Source: Oikopleura dioica
Lineage: Eukaryota > Animalia > Chordata
Direction: 5' to 3'
Assembly (NCBI GenBank): GCA_907165135.1
Contig: OU015570.1
Location: 1,240,001 to 1,304,000 of the forward strand
Length of the DNA: 64,000 nucleotides
Shown: in pieces, positions 60,882 to 64,000 of the stretch
Position numbering within the stretch: position 1 is the first letter of the stretch
Layout of the letters: the number at the start of each line of letters is the position of its first letter
Made by a program: the position numbers and the translations under genes
The notes under the pieces: model-generated
Database searches by the model: none
What the model was told of the DNA's origin: nothing
The model's input: the letters and a program-made list of their open reading frames with translations, nothing else

Positions 60882-61590
60882 AGATGGAGACAACAAAGAG
60901 AACAAACATTCAGGATCATCTCAATCAAACTGCAGCTATTCAAAAGGCAACTGAAACGATTCCCGGTAAAGCATCAGGCTTCAAAGACATCCAAAGTACG
61001 CTCAAATTCAAAGAAAAGGAGCTGATGAACATTTAGGTCTGAGCGAGCGTGAGAAGCTCAGAAGCCAGCTTACCGATGAGATTTTGGAAATCAAGCAGGA
61101 CAATGAGCGCCTCTACGATGAGATCAAGTAATGTCACCGATTTCTTTCATCTCATAATTTATTTTTCAGATGCGCAGTTGAAGCAAAGGCTACCAAAAAA
61201 ACAAGAATCGGAATTGTCAGCTGCATTCTCAAGGGTGAGCTCACAGAAGCAATCACTCGCTTATCAGCCGACTTTGCCAATCTATTCGAGAGCATCCACG
61301 AACTTGTTTTCAACTGAAGTTCCAACAATTATCGGTGGTGAAGGTAATGTAGTTTTAAAGTAGGCCCAGTCCTGATTAACCCTTGATTTCAGAATCCGAG
61401 ATGAAGAACTACAAAGAAACGAAACATTCGTTTGGGATGTTGCCTGCAAGCGCGCTGCAAGACTTCATCGACAAGGGACGCCATTTAAGAGAGTTTGTTC
61501 TCGAGTCCAACAGCGACAACGAGTCTATGCTCAAGAAAATAAATCCAATAAAAGGTAGATCATTAGCAAATGCAGTATTTAACCGGTGAA
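60882..61590 (+). pseudogene. Captured multi-exon coiled-coil gene fragment
   Basis: METTKRTNIQ..., REKLRSQLTDEILEIKQDNERLYDEIK and further exons separated by short GT-AG introns; contains stops. Confidence 0.45.
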
Positions 61591-61619
61591 TTAGATTTCT
61601 ACGTTGCTGATAGACAATG

Positions 61620-62310
61620 ACCCAAGTAAGTAAAAGAACCAGAAAAAGTTAAAATCACGATGTGAAAAGATGGTTTTACTATCAATGATGAAGTAAGGAT
61701 TTTTCGTTTTTGATTGTTGAACTCATTGTTTGAATTATTAGGACATCCGACTTTACAGTGGGCCCAGAAATCAGCAATTCTTGGATCAAGTCACTAGCGG
61801 AAGACTGAAATACGGAACAGAAGTGGCTCTGGAAATGGAGAAGGCGACAAGATGATTACGAAGCAACAAGGTAACATGTTACCCAGAGAAAGGTCTTAAA
61901 ACAGCTATTCTAGCCAAAGCCACAGTTCAAAGCCTTCACTGGAAGTGGCAACAGACTTGGCGCAAGTGACGCTGGCCCCTCAATTCCACCATCAAAGGCG
62001 CCGGCGACGGAATCGCTGGTCAACATTGACGAGTCAAAATCAAAAACAAAGTTGCGATTCCGTCTATCTTCTGGAAAATAGCTAGTTCAAGGTAAATCAG
62101 AAAATAACGCCAATTCTACTAATAAACTCGCAGAATTCAACCAAGACCACACTATCAGCGACATCAAAAAGTTCTGCGACCCTCACACCGGCGGACGCTC
62201 TTACGAGCTGCGCTCTGGCTTCCCGCCGAAGCCCCTCGATCTCAATTCCACTTCTTCACTCGTCGAGGCGAAACTGCTCAATGAAACCCTTTTTCAAAGA
62301 CTGCTCTAAC
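61620..62310 (+). pseudogene. SEP + SHP + UBX p97 cofactor (NSFL1C/p47/UBXN2 family) pseudogene
   Basis: KVKITM*KDGFTIND (SEP), FKAFTGSGNRLG (SHP box), EFNQDHTISDI...SGFPPKPL (UBX). Three introns retained; three premature stops. Confidence 0.85.
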
Positions 62311-62379
62311 AATCTAACAAGTATCACTCACTTCATATTTCTATTCTCACATGTACTGCGTATTTAGTCAATTCTTGCG

Positions 62380-63298
62380 TTAAAAGTTCAATTCAGCGAT
62401 TACAATACAATTAACATGAAATTTTCTGAAATAAAAAGACCTTCAAGTTCAACCGCTATTAATATAAGATTGGAATCAATTAACAATTCTTGTATACAAT
62501 TTAAGTGTTCTTCAATTTGAGCAGTCCTATCCACTACTATTCTCTCAGCACGTATGCCTGATGATTTTTCAAAACGCCAGGAGGATTGCTGCTGATTTCG
62601 ACTTTTTTTCTTGTCAAAAAAATATTTTGAATCTTGCTCGGTTAAACCGATAGCCTCTTCAATTTCTCTAAAATATGTTTTCTCATCTTAAGTTGAAAAA
62701 CAATCAGACTTCGGAGTTCTTCGAAGAGAACATACCTCTGTTATAAAAGCTCGGAAGACTTGATAGTCTTTGTTCGATTTATGAATCCAATCTGTTTGAT
62801 GTAGTTAGAGACAAGAGCCCTCCATCCATCGCTTGCAATACAAGCCGAGTCAGATAAATGTTTGAACCAATCCTCCAACGGTCCAAGTTTCATATTTTCG
62901 ACGTCGAAGTAATTTTCCTCTTCTAACCTTTCTTTCGCCTTTTTTAAATATAAATATGTCTTGCATGTGCATCCTTTTGATTTTCGTAAGCAAAGAAGTC
63001 GTACTCGCCACGGATACTCTGAAGCCATATTTTAGCGCCTTACCCAGAAATAGGTCGATATGCGTTCAGGCGTTAACTCCAAATGCAACTATTTTTTACC
63101 ATTAGAATCACTCTCCGTAAACGTAAGAGGCCAACGAGGAGAAAACCATGCAACATCACTGCCAACTCTAACCGCTATCCTCCAATTAGTCTTCAAGGGA
63201 AAGCAACCTAAGGCTTGAGGCTCGTCCAATGTTCCGGACAATGGAAGTTTATTGAAGTTCTGAAGACTAGGAGGCTTTGTCGGCCATAACAGCTTCAT
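62380..63298 (-). pseudogene. Probable MULE N-terminal exon(s) with a WRKY/FLYWCH-like zinc-finger remnant
   Basis: PWRVRLLCLRKSKGCTCK, on the same strand as the DDE core and just inside the right TIR. Confidence 0.45.
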
Positions 63299-64000
63299 TT
63301 TATCTATTAAAAAAATTTAGCCAGAAAATACAGTACGAAATGGCTTTGAATTACAGATTTATCTACAGTTATTCTTCCTCAATCTTCTCTCACTCAATTA
63401 ATAATGCAGTATTGTGTAACCTTCAAGTACTTCTTAAAACCGGCAACCTCAATTCCTCCGTCTCACAGACACAAAGTCTCGTAGACAACAGACACCTGCA
63501 AGAACTCATCAACCTCCGAACTTCAACCTTTTAAATTTTTAAAAGAGTGTTTCAAACAACTTTCAAGGAGATGTTTAAATATCTTCTTGATTCTGTCATG
63601 TGATTGATATTTTTTCGAATTTATTTGAATTTTTCTTTCTTTTTTTTTCAGGAAAAAATTTTGCAGAAAAGAAATTTTTGGCACTCATTCTAACTCCTCG
63701 CTCAATTGAACCGGCGCTCTAATTGGCCGGCGAGTTCAAACGAGCGAAGAGTCAGAATGAGCGCGAGTCCAAGTGAGAGAAAAGTCCAAGTGAGTGTGCT
63801 CCAGAATTTTGATGTCCAGAAGTTTCATTAAAAACTGTATAGGTTCAAGAAATTTTTTTTTAAAGAAATTATTTGATTTTCCAAGAAAATAAAAATCTAA
63901 CAAAGGATACTGCTGTAAGAATTCCGATCTGTAACATTTGATTTTAATGATCCCCGCAGATGGAAAATTAACTGAAGAAAAACTATTTCGTCAAAGATCT

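Larger units (their letters stand above)
56426..63802 (-). mobile_element. Mutator-like element (MULE), 7.4 kb, with captured host fragments
   Basis: ~110-bp imperfect TIRs starting GGAGCAC(G/A)CTCACTT. 9-bp TSD AGAATTTTG at 56417-56425 and 63803-63811. Internal MULE transposase. Confidence 0.88.

Noticed and set aside
2504-62100. Stop-codon reassignment to explain in-frame stops
   Set aside because: TAA, TAG and TGA all occur as interruptions and all also end genuine ORFs. Decay or consensus error is simpler.

Overview
Eukaryotic, AT-rich, extremely transposon-dense DNA with very short (about 30-55 nt) GT-AG introns. This architecture and the element types point to the larvacean tunicate Oikopleura (inference), possibly a Y-specific or pericentromeric region, because several host genes carry premature stops. 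Main contents: (1) a full-length Ty3/gypsy (Tor-like) LTR retrotransposon (19527-28164, minus) inside the intron of a gene for an MGCxxSK acidic protein. Its CCCH-zinc-finger Gag is joined in frame to Pol by a single UGA-CUA plus a stem-loop, and its 3' region holds non-env ORFs. (2) A young gag-only LTR element (43761-46932) with a homologous CCCH Gag and the same termini and PBS but no pol. (3) A 7.4-kb Mutator-like element (56426-63802; TIRs, 9-bp TSD) carrying intron-containing host gene pieces (SEP-UBX/p47 family, RPS25), i.e. Pack-MULE-like. (4) Four Penelope-like element (PLE) copies or fragments and four minimal type I hammerhead ribozyme motifs, one degenerate. (5) A 4.26-kb tandem duplication containing cysteine dioxygenase, a convergent overlapping gene and an ETS/CTCF-like motif array. 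(6) An ARF-family GTPase gene with a Q-to-K switch II change. (7) Many nested MITEs (hAT, MULE, Kolobok-like, piggyBac-like, pogo-like) and hairpin satellites. All assignments come from reading the sequence by eye; no database searches were run.
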